Positions 27,996-39,444 of a stretch of DNA of 64,000 nt are shown here, one piece after another; position 1 is the stretch's first letter; each line of letters opens with the position of its first letter. The notes below the pieces were generated by a model, which saw nothing but the letters and a program-made list of their open reading frames with translations, had not been told where the DNA came from and did not search any database. Origin of the DNA: a virus. The position numbers and the translations under genes were made by a program. Where the stretch lies: positions 7,803-71,802 of IMG/VR virus record IMGVR_UViG_3300022074_000024; one strand, 5' to 3'.

Positions 27996-29612
27996 TTAGA
28001 ATGTTCCTCCATCGAGGGTCGTTGTCCATTTGGGTATGCCAGAGGCATCAGTGGTTAACACAAAGTTAGATGTGGTTATACCAGCAGCTGTACCAGCAGC
28101 ACCAACCTGTTTACCTGTTGTATCAAAGTAAACAATGCCATTTCCAGTAGTATCATAATCACCGTTCTGGAAATATATTCCTTTAATATCTAGGAAACCT
28201 TTTGTACCACCTACAAGGTTATTTACTATTGTTGCTTCGGGGATATATGTAAAGGATCTTTCTGGTGCATTACTTGCATCACCACCTAAATCGTGATATC
28301 CAAAGAAACCTGTCTTTTGGTTTCCAGAACCTGAACTTGTATTATAACCGAATGCTACACCACGATCAGTGTTCGTATCAACATTTGCAGTAACAGTTAA
28401 TTGTGTGGTTGTTGCAATACCACCAACTTGAACAGCATTATTAATTGTAACTAATGCTTCACCTAAATCATAAGTTGAAATTGTGCTTCCAGATGCTATA
28501 TTTGTTCCAGAAATACTATCACCTGTATTAATACCAGCAGTTGTATCAAGTTTTATTGTGCTGACACCAGCAAGTGCTGTCATCATAACAGTTCTTGTAC
28601 TGGTTGTAACACCTAAGTTGATTATTGGATCATTAAGATTAACTGTGAATGAGTCAACTGTTGTAGTTGTACCATCAACTTGTAAGTCACCTTTAACAAT
28701 AACTGTACCTTCATTACTTAAACCATCTGGATAAGGGTCAATATACAGAAGATTACCATGACCTTGTTTAGTTGAAATTATGTTAGATGAAATACCAACT
28801 CCACCCAATCTTGCATCTAAAGCAGTAAGTGTTCCTCCTGTTTGGAAAATATCACCTTGGAATGTTGATACACCAGTAACTTTTAAGTTGCGGATAGTCA
28901 TCTCATCAACAAATAAATCATCAGCAATATGTAAATCACCACCTACAAATAAATCACTAATAAAAGTACCAATACCTGTAAATGTTGAAACACCAGTAAC
29001 ACCTAAGTTTCCACCAATATTAACACTCTTCTCTATACCAACTCCACCTTCGACTGTAAGAGCACCTGTGTCTTTTGTAGCAGAATCAGTCACATCTGCC
29101 ATTACTATTGCTACACCGTTCTCATAGACCCAATCAGCACCTGTTACATTGATTCTATCATCACCATTTTCATCATATTCTATCTTTGCATCTTTACTAT
29201 CACCAAAAGTTAAAAATATATCATCTCCGATGACTACTTCACCAGATCCATTAGGTGTAAAGAAAATATCTCCGTCTGTGTTTGTTGATGAAAGTACGTT
29301 TGCATCTAATCTTAAATTATCTACATTCCATTGATCTACTTTACGATCAGAAGTAAGAATAGGAACAAATCCATTTGATGCAGTTGATGCGTTAGCACCA
29401 CTCGCAACTGAACCAGCTGTATTAGTTAATAGGTCTGTAAAATATCTACCACCAACTACTTGTGGATTACCTGCATTATCACCAACAAATAATCTATCAC
29501 CACTATTTGCTTGTGTACCACTTCCACTCAGAGTTACACCGACTTCACCGAAATTTAAAGAACTTGGTGCTGTTGTACCAGTCGATCTTTTTACTCTTAT
29601 AATACTTGCCAC
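27996..29612 (-). CDS. Fibre-like virion structural protein
   Basis: MASIIRVKRS leader, GAL.V.GGVGI repeats, C-terminal LDGGTF. Confidence 0.8.
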   Translation of the reverse strand: MASIIRVKRSTGTTAPSSLNFGEVGVTLSGSGTQANSGDRLFVGDNAGNPQVVGGRYFTDLLTNTAGSVASGANASTASNGFVPILTSDRKVDQWNVDNLRLDANVLSSTNTDGDIFFTPNGSGEVVIGDDIFLTFGDSKDAKIEYDENGDDRINVTGADWVYENGVAIVMADVTDSATKDTGALTVEGGVGIEKSVNIGGNLGVTGVSTFTGIGTFISDLFVGGDLHIADDLFVDEMTIRNLKVTGVSTFQGDIFQTGGTLTALDARLGGVGISSNIISTKQGHGNLLYIDPYPDGLSNEGTVIVKGDLQVDGTTTTVDSFTVNLNDPIINLGVTTSTRTVMMTALAGVSTIKLDTTAGINTGDSISGTNIASGSTISTYDLGEALVTINNAVQVGGIATTTQLTVTANVDTNTDRGVAFGYNTSSGSGNQKTGFFGYHDLGGDASNAPERSFTYIPEATIVNNLVGGTKGFLDIKGIYFQNGDYDTTGNGIVYFDTTGKQVGAAGTAAGITTSNFVLTTDASGIPKWTTTLDGGTF

Positions 29613-29839
29613 TAGAAGCTACCTCCGTTTATGTCCAAATTCTGTGTTGCACCTGGAGTCAACTCCAAAGTTCCAGTCCACTGTTGAGTAGTACTGTTGT
29701 ATACTAAAACCATACCATTCTGTGGATTACTGGCACTCACATCACTTAGTTCACCAATAGTTCCTGCTGCATTTCCTGCTAATGAGGATGTGACCTTAAC
29801 AGCATTCTTTTGACCGACTCTTACTTTAATTTCTGCCAT
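29612..29839 (-). CDS. Small structural protein
   Basis: LSDV...G.VLVYN...W motif, C-terminal INGGSF. Confidence 0.75.
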   Translation of the reverse strand: MAEIKVRVGQKNAVKVTSSLAGNAAGTIGELSDVSASNPQNGMVLVYNSTTQQWTGTLELTPGATQNLDINGGSF

Positions 29840-30177
29840 TACCTTGTAACTCCTTCTCTAACTAAAACTGCACCCTCTAAAACTCTTGTAACTTCACCAG
29901 ATGTATCTGTAATGAGAACATCATACATGAATCTACCAGGTTTTAACGCTGCAGTTTGAGTTGTTGTAAGACCAACTCTTATTTTTCCACCAGTAGCATT
30001 GATAATTTGTGCTGTAAAATCAGTTGCCGAACTCGCACCAGGATGCTTTCGCATCTGTGCAGTTGCTGAAAAACCAGTCAAATCTGTAGCAGAATTTGTA
30101 TCTGCACTTTCCAATGTGAAAATTTGAGAAAATGTAGTTCCAGTGTTAACAGTTAGATTACTTACGTAAACTGCCAT
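29839..30177 (-). CDS. Virion structural protein (fibre anchor / BppU-like)
   Basis: DLTGFSATAQMRK, GRFMYDV, RVLEG; TATAAATA at 30205-30212. Confidence 0.75.
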   Translation of the reverse strand: MAVYVSNLTVNTGTTFSQIFTLESADTNSATDLTGFSATAQMRKHPGASSATDFTAQIINATGGKIRVGLTTTQTAALKPGRFMYDVLITDTSGEVTRVLEGAVLVREGVTR

Positions 30178-30227
30178 TTAAAAACAATATCAGGATTCTA
30201 GATATATTTATATTTCCAGTAACCCGT

Positions 30228-30422
30228 CTATTTTGATGCTATTTGTTTAAGTAGATATTTAATTTCTTCAATATCCTCTTTCATCTTATCAATTTCTTCT
30301 TTTTGACTCATTTTAGCAGATTTCATTCTTTTATATTGAGCATAACCATTAGTGTCTGTATTGATTACAGCACCTGATTTTTCATCTCTAAAAAGATTCT
30401 TGTTATCTTTAATTGGAATCAT
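30228..30422 (-). CDS. Small hypothetical protein downstream of the VrlC-like gene
   Basis: LFRDEKSGAVIN motif plus coiled coil. Confidence 0.75.
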   Translation of the reverse strand: MIPIKDNKNLFRDEKSGAVINTDTNGYAQYKRMKSAKMSQKEEIDKMKEDIEEIKYLLKQIASK

Positions 30423-33400
30423 GCTAGTGCAATTGTACGTAAATCTTTTAATTTTGGTGCTTTTGCTTCATTAGTTCCACTGAATACAAATTTAATTTTA
30501 TATCCAATAAATTCCTCTAAGTTATCAACACTAAACTGATATTCTTTAAATTCTTCTTCAGTACTTGGAAGTACAAAAGAATCAGGTCTACCAGAATTTT
30601 TTGATTCATCAATAACTTTATCACCAAATCCATCACCATCTGTATCTTCTAGATTGTCAAAACCAGAAAAAGGATTGTATGTCAATTCTGTTTCTGTTCC
30701 ATCAGATCTAACTAATTGATAGAATGCTCTGAAATCCGCACTTGGATCTCTAAAGGCAGATACTAAAACTTTTAATGAAGTTGCAGGATTTTTCAAATTA
30801 ACTTGATTACTAATGTAAACTGCTGCATGAGGATCACCACTTGGATTCTGAGATCTACCATCTTTTACATAATCTAATATTGGTCTATTTAATCTACTTC
30901 TCTGATAGATTAATACACCATTTTGTATATCAATTACAGGAGATAAATTTTGACTAACAGTTGCCATTGTTACCGAAAAAGTAACCGATCTATTTAATGG
31001 TAACTCAGTTAAACGATTAGTCTCATTTATTTCTGAACATAAAAGTCTTGGAGTTGATAATTTATTTTCATTATCAATTTCAACAAATTCAAACCCTTGA
31101 TCTATAAATGAAACTTCATTTCCTCCAGCACTCGTTCCAGAAACTGTTCTTATTTGACTAAGGATTGTAGTATCACTACTTGGAACTAAAGTGTTAAATC
31201 GTGGTATTATATTATCAAATTGATAATTTTGTGATGCAAATATGTCTTCACCACCAACATTTGATTCATCAACAAAACTAACTTGCGAATCACCTGATGA
31301 CAATGAACCTCTATCCAAACTTAAATAGTATGTATCAATATCTCTTAAATTATTAATTGATATTGGCATTAATGCCATATCATGATCATTGTTTATTTGT
31401 CTTAAATCAAATCCATTCAACTCATATTTAAATGATTGGTCTCCTGTATTATGAGTTTGAGGAATAGTTCCATCAACTCCTCTTGTGCCTATTCCAAGTT
31501 GATTTGTTCCTACACTATTATAGAAAATTATTTCACTATTAATTTTAACAAATCCCTGAGTGGTTGATATTCCAGCAAAATTAGAAAATTCAGATGTGCT
31601 TGCCACTGATATTACTTGATCATCAACTGCAAGAGCATCTGTTAATAAAATAGGAATAGTATTAGGTTCAACATCAGCAAGTGTAACAAAGTTGTTATCT
31701 GCAGTCATTCCATGATTAAAATGACTTACCTCTATAACATTTCCAACGTACTTATCATCATAAGTTGCTGATGAAAGTATTGTAGTAGTTGCCAATGATA
31801 CCTGAGAACTTCCATGTGTTACAACTAATGGTTGACCAGTTGTAAATTCTTCACCCTGTACATTTTTAAGATAAAGTGTACTCTTTCCAGTAGTGGTTTG
31901 TACAGTTATTTGTGCATCTACACCTTTCACAACATTACTTGTTGTAATTCCTAGAACATCACCTACCACATAACCAGATCCACCAGTATTACTTGTTATA
32001 TTCGCAGTTACAATTTGACCAGAACTATTAGTTTCAATTCGAGCAGTCATTCCACTTCCATTACCAGTAATATTATATAAAGGAACTTGAGTGTATATTT
32101 GACTTGCTTGGAAACCTGTTCCTGCATTTGTGACAGTCAGTACTCCAACAGGACCCCCTATATTTTCAATATATCCTTGAATCGCAGTTGCTGATGTAGA
32201 ATCACTTACCTTAACACCGTTGGTAATTAATCCATCAGTATCAGTTGTAGTAATAATTCCAACTTTTAATTTTCTTGGTAAAGTTTTAATTGAATTTGGC
32301 AATAATCTTTCAATATTACCTGACCTTGTTCCCATTGGTGAATTATAGAAGAACACTGTTCCAGATTCATCATTAAAAGCTGCTTTATAAAGTTTAAACT
32401 TAAGATCTTCATATTGGCTAGCAGTCCATATTGAACCATTTTGTGATTTAAATAAACTACCCCTAGTGTATTGTCTAGTGACAACCACAGATTCCGCATC
32501 AGGTAAACTCTGTGTATTTACAGTTTTATCCCCCATGCGAGATATCCAAACTTCATATTGAATTGATTGTGATACTCCAAGAACTAATGCATACTCCTGT
32601 TCAGCCTCTAGGAAAACTGGTGATGGGAAAGTTACTTTAGTAGCTACTTCTCCATTTGTTGAAGTTTGAATATCATCAGGACTTACAACGACACGAGCAA
32701 AATCTTGTACTAATTGTGTTGTTGGTTGTCCTAACTCTACAGTTCTAATTTCAACAACTAAATTTTCTTTTGGATCTTTTCTTGCAAAGAATAAATCAAC
32801 AGATGTTAAAAATGCTCCGTCTTGATCAACTGTAAATGTTTGTGATAAAGGATCAAGTCCTTGAACATTTCTACCTGCTAGAGTATTCAAAGGAGATTTT
32901 TTATTCTTCGCACCACTTCCTCTCTTATTCTTACTACCAGCATTTTTCTTACCAGTTCCAGCATTCTTACCAGTTGATGTTCCAGAATTTTTACCTGCAT
33001 TATTTTTTGCACCAGTTCCTCTCACATTCTTACTACTAGATGTGTTATTATTATTATTTTTTGAAACGGATGTATTATTATTATTTTTAGATCCGTAACT
33101 AGGTCCTAAACTATTACCTTTTGTTAGTTTACCAGTACGAAGAGCTCTCCTATAATCATTTATGCTAACTTTGGTCATTTTGCCTAGACCAAACTTATTG
33201 GTAAAGGTGTACTTACTTCCACCTCCACCATAGTAACTTTTATAAACAGGGGGTGGAACTCTTACAGTTATAGATGTTGATTGTATAGTATTAACTTTAC
33301 CACTTGAGATGTATTGACCTTCTGCCTCACTTAACAACATTGATCTTTGTTCAGGTGTTCTAACATCTGGATCAGATGATATTTTAAATGTACTTGTTCC

Positions 33401-36400
33401 AACTTTAAATCTTAAAGATGGTGGGGGACTTGAAAGAGGATCTTCAAAAAAGAAACTTCCAAATACATCACCATAGGTATCTGAAACTAATTTAACATCT
33501 GTTACTGTTGCCTGTGCTTTACTTGTTTGACCTAATAGAGTTATAGATCCACTGGTAGGAATATATCCATAAAATTTACCCTTTGCCTCATCAGATATTG
33601 AATTAATATCAACATTTAAAACTGTTGATGAAGCTGAGTAAGACGTACCTAAACTTAAGGATGTATTATAAGGATTTGAATTAAAAGTATTTGTGGGTGT
33701 TGAAATATCACCTTTTTTATGATTTGGTTGTGCGATTCTGAATATCGCAACTCTCTTACCATCTTTTAATGCCTCTACAGTTTCACCTTTAGAAAATATT
33801 CCATTAACCATATTAATTTCAACAAGTTTTGGAATTAAATTTATTCCGCTTGTTTTATCAAAAAATGGATAAAATCTTGTTACAGGTCTTACTCCATCAG
33901 CAGCAAAACTTACATTTCTTGATCTTATATGTGTATCTGCTACAGAACTGGTTTGTTTTTTCTCAACGTATGTTCTAGCGACATTGCCTGTTATAGTTTT
34001 ACTACCACCCGAAACTTCAATATTACGAACCCATGTATCATTTGCAGGATCTAATTTTATTGTTCCAATAAATCCAGTTAAATTAAATGGATTTACATTC
34101 TCTACTCTTGATGCAAGTGGATTTCCCAACCATTCTATTTCAGCGTAATCAAGTGTAATTAAATCTCCAGTTTTTGTAACATTTGGATCTAAAAGTGTTA
34201 AATCTGTGGAAAAATCAGCAGTATTTGAATTAATAGATGGACTTAGTGCTAATTCAGGTTTAAGTGACCAAAAATGATTTGGCACTGTTAATACCTGTTC
34301 TTCAGTATCTACTGTTACATTACAATCCTCATCGGAAATATCAATTAAATTTAAATTTTTAAAATCATCTACGAAAAAACCAGTTTTAAATCTTGATAAA
34401 CCATCTGCATCTTGTATTTGAAGTGTTTTAGTATCAAGTTCTAATAAACTTAATGATGATGTAACTTCAAGATTTTCAATCCTATCTTCTAATTTACCAA
34501 TATCTTTCATGGTAAATCTTACATTATCTTCAACAGTTATTTTTGCATCATCTGTATCATATAAGTATGCAGGTAATTCAATAGTTGCTAACTTCATCAT
34601 ATTTTCTTCTGCTGATGGAGGAACAGGTAAAGATGATGACTGACCCACTAGCACGACAATATTTCCTTGATTATCTAATGCAACTATATCTGTTCTTGGC
34701 AAATAGTGATCATATCCAATTATTGAACTTTCATTAGGAGTAACAATCGTTGATGGATTAAACGTAGAACTAAATGTCCTATTTGAAAATGCAAAAGGAG
34801 ATCCTGAACCATTAAAGTCTGATACTCTTGGTCTAAAGTCTAATGTATCAGATGCTCGCAAACCATCTTTAATTTCAGGTATATCTTTACTAAATCTTTC
34901 TTCATTATATGAACCCACTGTATAAAAATCACCAGTGTCATTAGATGGGACACTATACTTATCAAATACAATCAATAATTTTCTTGATGGAGCAGGGAAA
35001 TTTATTTTTCTAACAATTCTAGAATAGTCATAAAACTGTTCTCTTTGTCCTTTATCTAATTTAAATCTATTTGTAATATTTAAATTATTACCTAAAGTTA
35101 TTCCTTGTAAAGTGCTTAATATAAGTGACTCCTCAAAATTAATAACCTCACCTATATTAAACCCAGTTGATGATAAAATAGAAACTTCGATTTCTGTAGC
35201 AGATATTCGACCTACAATTTGTGCTACCGCACCAGTTTCCTCACCATATATTCTTTCACCCAATATTGAAGCAGTATCTAAGGACAAACCAGATGCAAAT
35301 TCAAATCTATCTAAAGTTGGTGAAAGTGTATTAAGTGATTCATATACACCTACAATATTAACTGCATCTGGGACATTTAATGAGATCTCTTTATCCTCAA
35401 CACGCAATCCGTAATTTTTACTTATAGACATTCCAGTCAAAGATGTGTTAATTCCAACAGAGGTTTTTTCAACTAATATTTTTTGACTTCTATCAAATTG
35501 TTTTACTTTACTTTTAAGTGCTTGTTTTTTAAGTGTCGTGCTAACGACTATATTTGATTCACTTGTTTCTAATCCGTTGATCGTAACAATTTGCCCATCC
35601 GCACTCAAAACAAACTGATCTGATGTTAAATCCTCAATACTTCCATCACTATAGTGCACAGAGTATCTTTCTTCGTCAAAACTTTCATAAAATGCACTTG
35701 AAATTCCACTTGATGCAAGATTAAATGTCAATACACCAGAACCATCAGTGCTTTCTCCAGTAATATTCTTACCAACTAACAATGTAGATGAACCTAAATT
35801 TATATCTGATACATTTTTATTATCAATTTTTGCATATAATCCCTTATCATCCTCAATGCTTATATTAGGCACTCCAAAAGCAAATGTAGTGCTAATCTTT
35901 GATGAGTTCAAAGAACCATTACATATACCTGTGATTGATGGCACTGCAGATAAAGTCACACTTAATCCATCTCCAGATACTGTTTCGATACGATTAAATC
36001 TCTCAACAGTCTCTCCATCTGGAGTATATCTTAATATTGTCCCAGTGCTTATACCTGCAAAATTAAAACTTCCATTTGTAGTCGCACCAGCACCAGTTAT
36101 TGTCAACTTATCTGCATTACTAATATTTGGTGCAATGACACGATTTAAAACAGTATCTGATGTAAAACTAACAGCATATCCAGTTACAGAACTACTGTTT
36201 TGGAAAATACCCTTTACATCTTGTATACCAAAAGTTTTAACCGTTTTTATTGATCTAACAAATGAAGTGTCTTCATTTATGATTAGTTGTTCACCTGCCA
36301 TAAACTGACCTGTGATTTCACTTAAGTAAATACAATCATATCCACCAGAAACTATAGAAACATATCCTGTAGCACCACTACTTACTCCTCTGATAAAAGA

Positions 36401-37855
36401 AGTAAGGGGAACTTCAGCATTAGTAACAGCTTGATTTAATTCAATTTTTGTAAATACTTGAACATCAAATAAATGCAAATCCCACTCAGTGGTATCACCA
36501 GTATATGATGCATCTGATACTGCAAATGAATATACCCTTGCTTCTCCTATTTTATCTCCCTGTTTTTCATTATCTGCGGTGGTTCTTTTATTGTATAGTT
36601 CAACGAGTGCAGTTTCATCGTTTATATTAGGAGCAGGAACACCAGAAACGTGGTTTACCTTAAATACAGTGCCCATTTGATATGGCACTAATGAGGAGTC
36701 TATAGTTTTTTTATCTCTTGGTTTTTCGACATCAAGTAATGTAGATGATTCAAGAGATACATCATAACCTCTTACATAAGCCTTTCCAGAGGAAACTCTT
36801 ACACACATTAAATCATCTGAAGGTTCATTACCCAACTCTGTAATCTGTTGAATACCATAAACACCATCTCCAGTGGTTCCATCATTTAAGCATTCTAATA
36901 CGTCAATATCAAATTTATCTAAAGAGTAATTTCCAGATTCTTCAAAAGTTCTTCTTGCAAAATAATCACGAATGATATTATAATCAGTTTTATCAGCAAT
37001 GTATTGAATCTCACCATCTCTTAATCTTATTAATTCTACAAAATTTGTATCATCAGTATCAGTTACATCTTTTTTTGAGAGAGAAGTTTTTATTTTTAAT
37101 CTATCAGCACCTGGTGCAGCAAAATTTGAAAATCCTCTTGCGTTGTCATATAATCCATCATCATCTTTTGCTGTTATTAATTGTTCATCTATTGTTAAAC
37201 CAACTCTATAAGTTGGAGTGTTATTATATGGATTCAATACTATCTTTTCTGATGGAACTTCAACAAAAGTACCTCTTATGAAGTAAACACCAGCTGAAAT
37301 AGAAACAGAGCATCCAATGTATGATGCATCATCATCGATTAAAGATATAACAGTTTCACCTGCATTAATGACAGTATTTCCATATGAAAATGTTTCCTCC
37401 ACTATTAAATTTTCACCATCAAATAAACCTAAAGCTAAATTATCTGAACCAGATTCTAAATATTTTATGAATAAAGTTGGTTGATCTATATCCGCATTAT
37501 CTTCTGGATATAGAAAATTATCAATAGTTACAATAACACCAGAAACTTCACCTCGCAATCTCAATCCCTTGAGTTCATTTAAATATAATGAAACAGGTAC
37601 CCCTAAATGATCATTTTTTACTTTAATTGAAAAGTACTCTTCATCATATGCTATATTACCAGGTATAACCATTGAACCATCTTTGAACATATGAGTTCCA
37701 AATGATTCAATTTGATTCTGTAAAATTGATTGTAAAGTACTTAATTCTCTTGCTTGAACAGGAAATCCAGGTTTAAATAGTACTTTATAAAACTGATCAT
37801 CCTTATCAAAATCATCATAGTAAGGACTTATGTTTAAATTTGTTTTTTGTGTCAT
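30419..37855 (-). CDS. Large VrlC-like (DUF4815-type) baseplate/structural protein
   Basis: SPYYDDF, PVQARELSTLQ, RFKTGFFVDDF, DPLSQTF, SLFKSQNGS; position after gp8. Confidence 0.85.
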   Translation of the reverse strand: MTQKTNLNISPYYDDFDKDDQFYKVLFKPGFPVQARELSTLQSILQNQIESFGTHMFKDGSMVIPGNIAYDEEYFSIKVKNDHLGVPVSLYLNELKGLRLRGEVSGVIVTIDNFLYPEDNADIDQPTLFIKYLESGSDNLALGLFDGENLIVEETFSYGNTVINAGETVISLIDDDASYIGCSVSISAGVYFIRGTFVEVPSEKIVLNPYNNTPTYRVGLTIDEQLITAKDDDGLYDNARGFSNFAAPGADRLKIKTSLSKKDVTDTDDTNFVELIRLRDGEIQYIADKTDYNIIRDYFARRTFEESGNYSLDKFDIDVLECLNDGTTGDGVYGIQQITELGNEPSDDLMCVRVSSGKAYVRGYDVSLESSTLLDVEKPRDKKTIDSSLVPYQMGTVFKVNHVSGVPAPNINDETALVELYNKRTTADNEKQGDKIGEARVYSFAVSDASYTGDTTEWDLHLFDVQVFTKIELNQAVTNAEVPLTSFIRGVSSGATGYVSIVSGGYDCIYLSEITGQFMAGEQLIINEDTSFVRSIKTVKTFGIQDVKGIFQNSSSVTGYAVSFTSDTVLNRVIAPNISNADKLTITGAGATTNGSFNFAGISTGTILRYTPDGETVERFNRIETVSGDGLSVTLSAVPSITGICNGSLNSSKISTTFAFGVPNISIEDDKGLYAKIDNKNVSDINLGSSTLLVGKNITGESTDGSGVLTFNLASSGISSAFYESFDEERYSVHYSDGSIEDLTSDQFVLSADGQIVTINGLETSESNIVVSTTLKKQALKSKVKQFDRSQKILVEKTSVGINTSLTGMSISKNYGLRVEDKEISLNVPDAVNIVGVYESLNTLSPTLDRFEFASGLSLDTASILGERIYGEETGAVAQIVGRISATEIEVSILSSTGFNIGEVINFEESLILSTLQGITLGNNLNITNRFKLDKGQREQFYDYSRIVRKINFPAPSRKLLIVFDKYSVPSNDTGDFYTVGSYNEERFSKDIPEIKDGLRASDTLDFRPRVSDFNGSGSPFAFSNRTFSSTFNPSTIVTPNESSIIGYDHYLPRTDIVALDNQGNIVVLVGQSSSLPVPPSAEENMMKLATIELPAYLYDTDDAKITVEDNVRFTMKDIGKLEDRIENLEVTSSLSLLELDTKTLQIQDADGLSRFKTGFFVDDFKNLNLIDISDEDCNVTVDTEEQVLTVPNHFWSLKPELALSPSINSNTADFSTDLTLLDPNVTKTGDLITLDYAEIEWLGNPLASRVENVNPFNLTGFIGTIKLDPANDTWVRNIEVSGGSKTITGNVARTYVEKKQTSSVADTHIRSRNVSFAADGVRPVTRFYPFFDKTSGINLIPKLVEINMVNGIFSKGETVEALKDGKRVAIFRIAQPNHKKGDISTPTNTFNSNPYNTSLSLGTSYSASSTVLNVDINSISDEAKGKFYGYIPTSGSITLLGQTSKAQATVTDVKLVSDTYGDVFGSFFFEDPLSSPPPSLRFKVGTSTFKISSDPDVRTPEQRSMLLSEAEGQYISSGKVNTIQSTSITVRVPPPVYKSYYGGGGSKYTFTNKFGLGKMTKVSINDYRRALRTGKLTKGNSLGPSYGSKNNNNTSVSKNNNNNTSSSKNVRGTGAKNNAGKNSGTSTGKNAGTGKKNAGSKNKRGSGAKNKKSPLNTLAGRNVQGLDPLSQTFTVDQDGAFLTSVDLFFARKDPKENLVVEIRTVELGQPTTQLVQDFARVVVSPDDIQTSTNGEVATKVTFPSPVFLEAEQEYALVLGVSQSIQYEVWISRMGDKTVNTQSLPDAESVVVTRQYTRGSLFKSQNGSIWTASQYEDLKFKLYKAAFNDESGTVFFYNSPMGTRSGNIERLLPNSIKTLPRKLKVGIITTTDTDGLITNGVKVSDSTSATAIQGYIENIGGPVGVLTVTNAGTGFQASQIYTQVPLYNITGNGSGMTARIETNSSGQIVTANITSNTGGSGYVVGDVLGITTSNVVKGVDAQITVQTTTGKSTLYLKNVQGEEFTTGQPLVVTHGSSQVSLATTTILSSATYDDKYVGNVIEVSHFNHGMTADNNFVTLADVEPNTIPILLTDALAVDDQVISVASTSEFSNFAGISTTQGFVKINSEIIFYNSVGTNQLGIGTRGVDGTIPQTHNTGDQSFKYELNGFDLRQINNDHDMALMPISINNLRDIDTYYLSLDRGSLSSGDSQVSFVDESNVGGEDIFASQNYQFDNIIPRFNTLVPSSDTTILSQIRTVSGTSAGGNEVSFIDQGFEFVEIDNENKLSTPRLLCSEINETNRLTELPLNRSVTFSVTMATVSQNLSPVIDIQNGVLIYQRSRLNRPILDYVKDGRSQNPSGDPHAAVYISNQVNLKNPATSLKVLVSAFRDPSADFRAFYQLVRSDGTETELTYNPFSGFDNLEDTDGDGFGDKVIDESKNSGRPDSFVLPSTEEEFKEYQFSVDNLEEFIGYKIKFVFSGTNEAKAPKLKDLRTIALA

Positions 37856-37858
37856 TTT

Positions 37859-39418
37859 TTAGAATTCCAAGATGATTTTAATATCCTCTTTTTGTCGAGA
37901 ATTTCTTGTTATAATTGGTCTATTGTCCAAATAAACAACTTCTCCCGACCCTTTATTTATCTCTGGATTAGCAATACCATTTTCAAAATTTACACCTAAA
38001 GAGATAACTTTATTTCCCGATGGATTTGTACTAATACCACTAAAATTTTGATCAACTGATGCTTGAAATCCACTTGTGGGTGCTATAATTGGTTCTGCAG
38101 AGGATTCAAATGATAATACTTTTGATTCAGTCGTAATACCTGCATAATCAGTCTGATCTCCTGTTGTCTGATTAAATACTAAAGATCTATCCTGAGAAAA
38201 CTTAACGACATTAGTATCAGTATCATAAGATACTATGTAACCTTTTGCAGTTCCGTCAGTCACAGTTTGTTCAATTTTTTCACCAATAGTAGGTGTTCCT
38301 GTTGGTGAAATAACTTTTATAGCATTAACAGATGAAAACTGATTAGTTGTAAATATAGATGTTGAACCGATAGAGGTTGGATTTTTTATTATAGTTATTT
38401 GTGCAAACTTAGTGTCGGTGGGAAAATCTTTGGTGGAATCATCAAATCTTGCAAAAATTAATAATTTATCAGTTCCCAATTCTTTATACAAATCAAATCC
38501 ATGACCCTTTGAAGGTGGTATAATTGGAATTAATTTTGCTCTTGTTGTTGGATTGTCTAATCTTCCAAGATCAACCATACCATAGGTATATCCTTGACCA
38601 CCTGATGAAACATTAGTTTTAGTTATTTTACCCTCACTATCAGTATCTATAACAACTTTTGCTCCAGTTCCATCTCCAATAATATCAACTTCAACTCCAG
38701 ATTGATTTTGAGCATATCCAAATCCTTGTTTATCAATATATACTTTTCTTATTTGATTATTATTTACAGTTGAATCACCATTTTCTCTAACTGACTGTAT
38801 TTGAGTAGTCGTTGCAGTTGGCCAATCACTAGGAACTGAAATATATTCAGTAGAGTCAAATTTTATTATATCACTTGGAGGAACAGTAAACAAATATTTC
38901 CAAATATAACCATCACCACTTTCTCCTGCCCGTGTTGGTTCTAAATCTGTAAAAAGAGGTTCATCTTGTGAGGAATTTCCAGTTGTATTAATACCACTAG
39001 AACCATTATCAATACAAATATAAACATCAAAATTTTGATTCATTACATAGTAACTTGAATCATATAATCTTGAAGAACCTGTAACAGGTGATGGATTCTT
39101 TAAACTATAGTCATGACGATACATTTCATATTTTGTTCCTTGAGTCCAGTTTCTTCTTGACACTAATCTTCTTACATTATCTGATGTAACTTTCTTACCA
39201 AAAGTCATTGTGTCACCAACGTGATTGGTATAATTTAAATTATCTATCGGGTTTGGTGTTTCTGTATTCCAGTCTGAACTTCTTCCAAAACCCACCACGG
39301 GAGAGGTTGCATTAGCGAGTCCAACCACAACATAATATGAATTCGCAGAATTTTCTACCGTTTCTACAAAATTATTTGCATTTAGAATTCTAAATTGATC
39401 AGTTACAATAGCAGCCAT
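37859..39418 (-). CDS. gp8: Baseplate wedge subunit
   Basis: DGYIWKYLF, C-terminal YLDNR...EDIKIILEF; TATAAATA at 39437-39444. Confidence 0.88.
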   Translation of the reverse strand: MAAIVTDQFRILNANNFVETVENSANSYYVVVGLANATSPVVGFGRSSDWNTETPNPIDNLNYTNHVGDTMTFGKKVTSDNVRRLVSRRNWTQGTKYEMYRHDYSLKNPSPVTGSSRLYDSSYYVMNQNFDVYICIDNGSSGINTTGNSSQDEPLFTDLEPTRAGESGDGYIWKYLFTVPPSDIIKFDSTEYISVPSDWPTATTTQIQSVRENGDSTVNNNQIRKVYIDKQGFGYAQNQSGVEVDIIGDGTGAKVVIDTDSEGKITKTNVSSGGQGYTYGMVDLGRLDNPTTRAKLIPIIPPSKGHGFDLYKELGTDKLLIFARFDDSTKDFPTDTKFAQITIIKNPTSIGSTSIFTTNQFSSVNAIKVISPTGTPTIGEKIEQTVTDGTAKGYIVSYDTDTNVVKFSQDRSLVFNQTTGDQTDYAGITTESKVLSFESSAEPIIAPTSGFQASVDQNFSGISTNPSGNKVISLGVNFENGIANPEINKGSGEVVYLDNRPIITRNSRQKEDIKIILEF

Positions 39419-39444
39419 ATTATCAGCTTTTTCCTATATTTATA

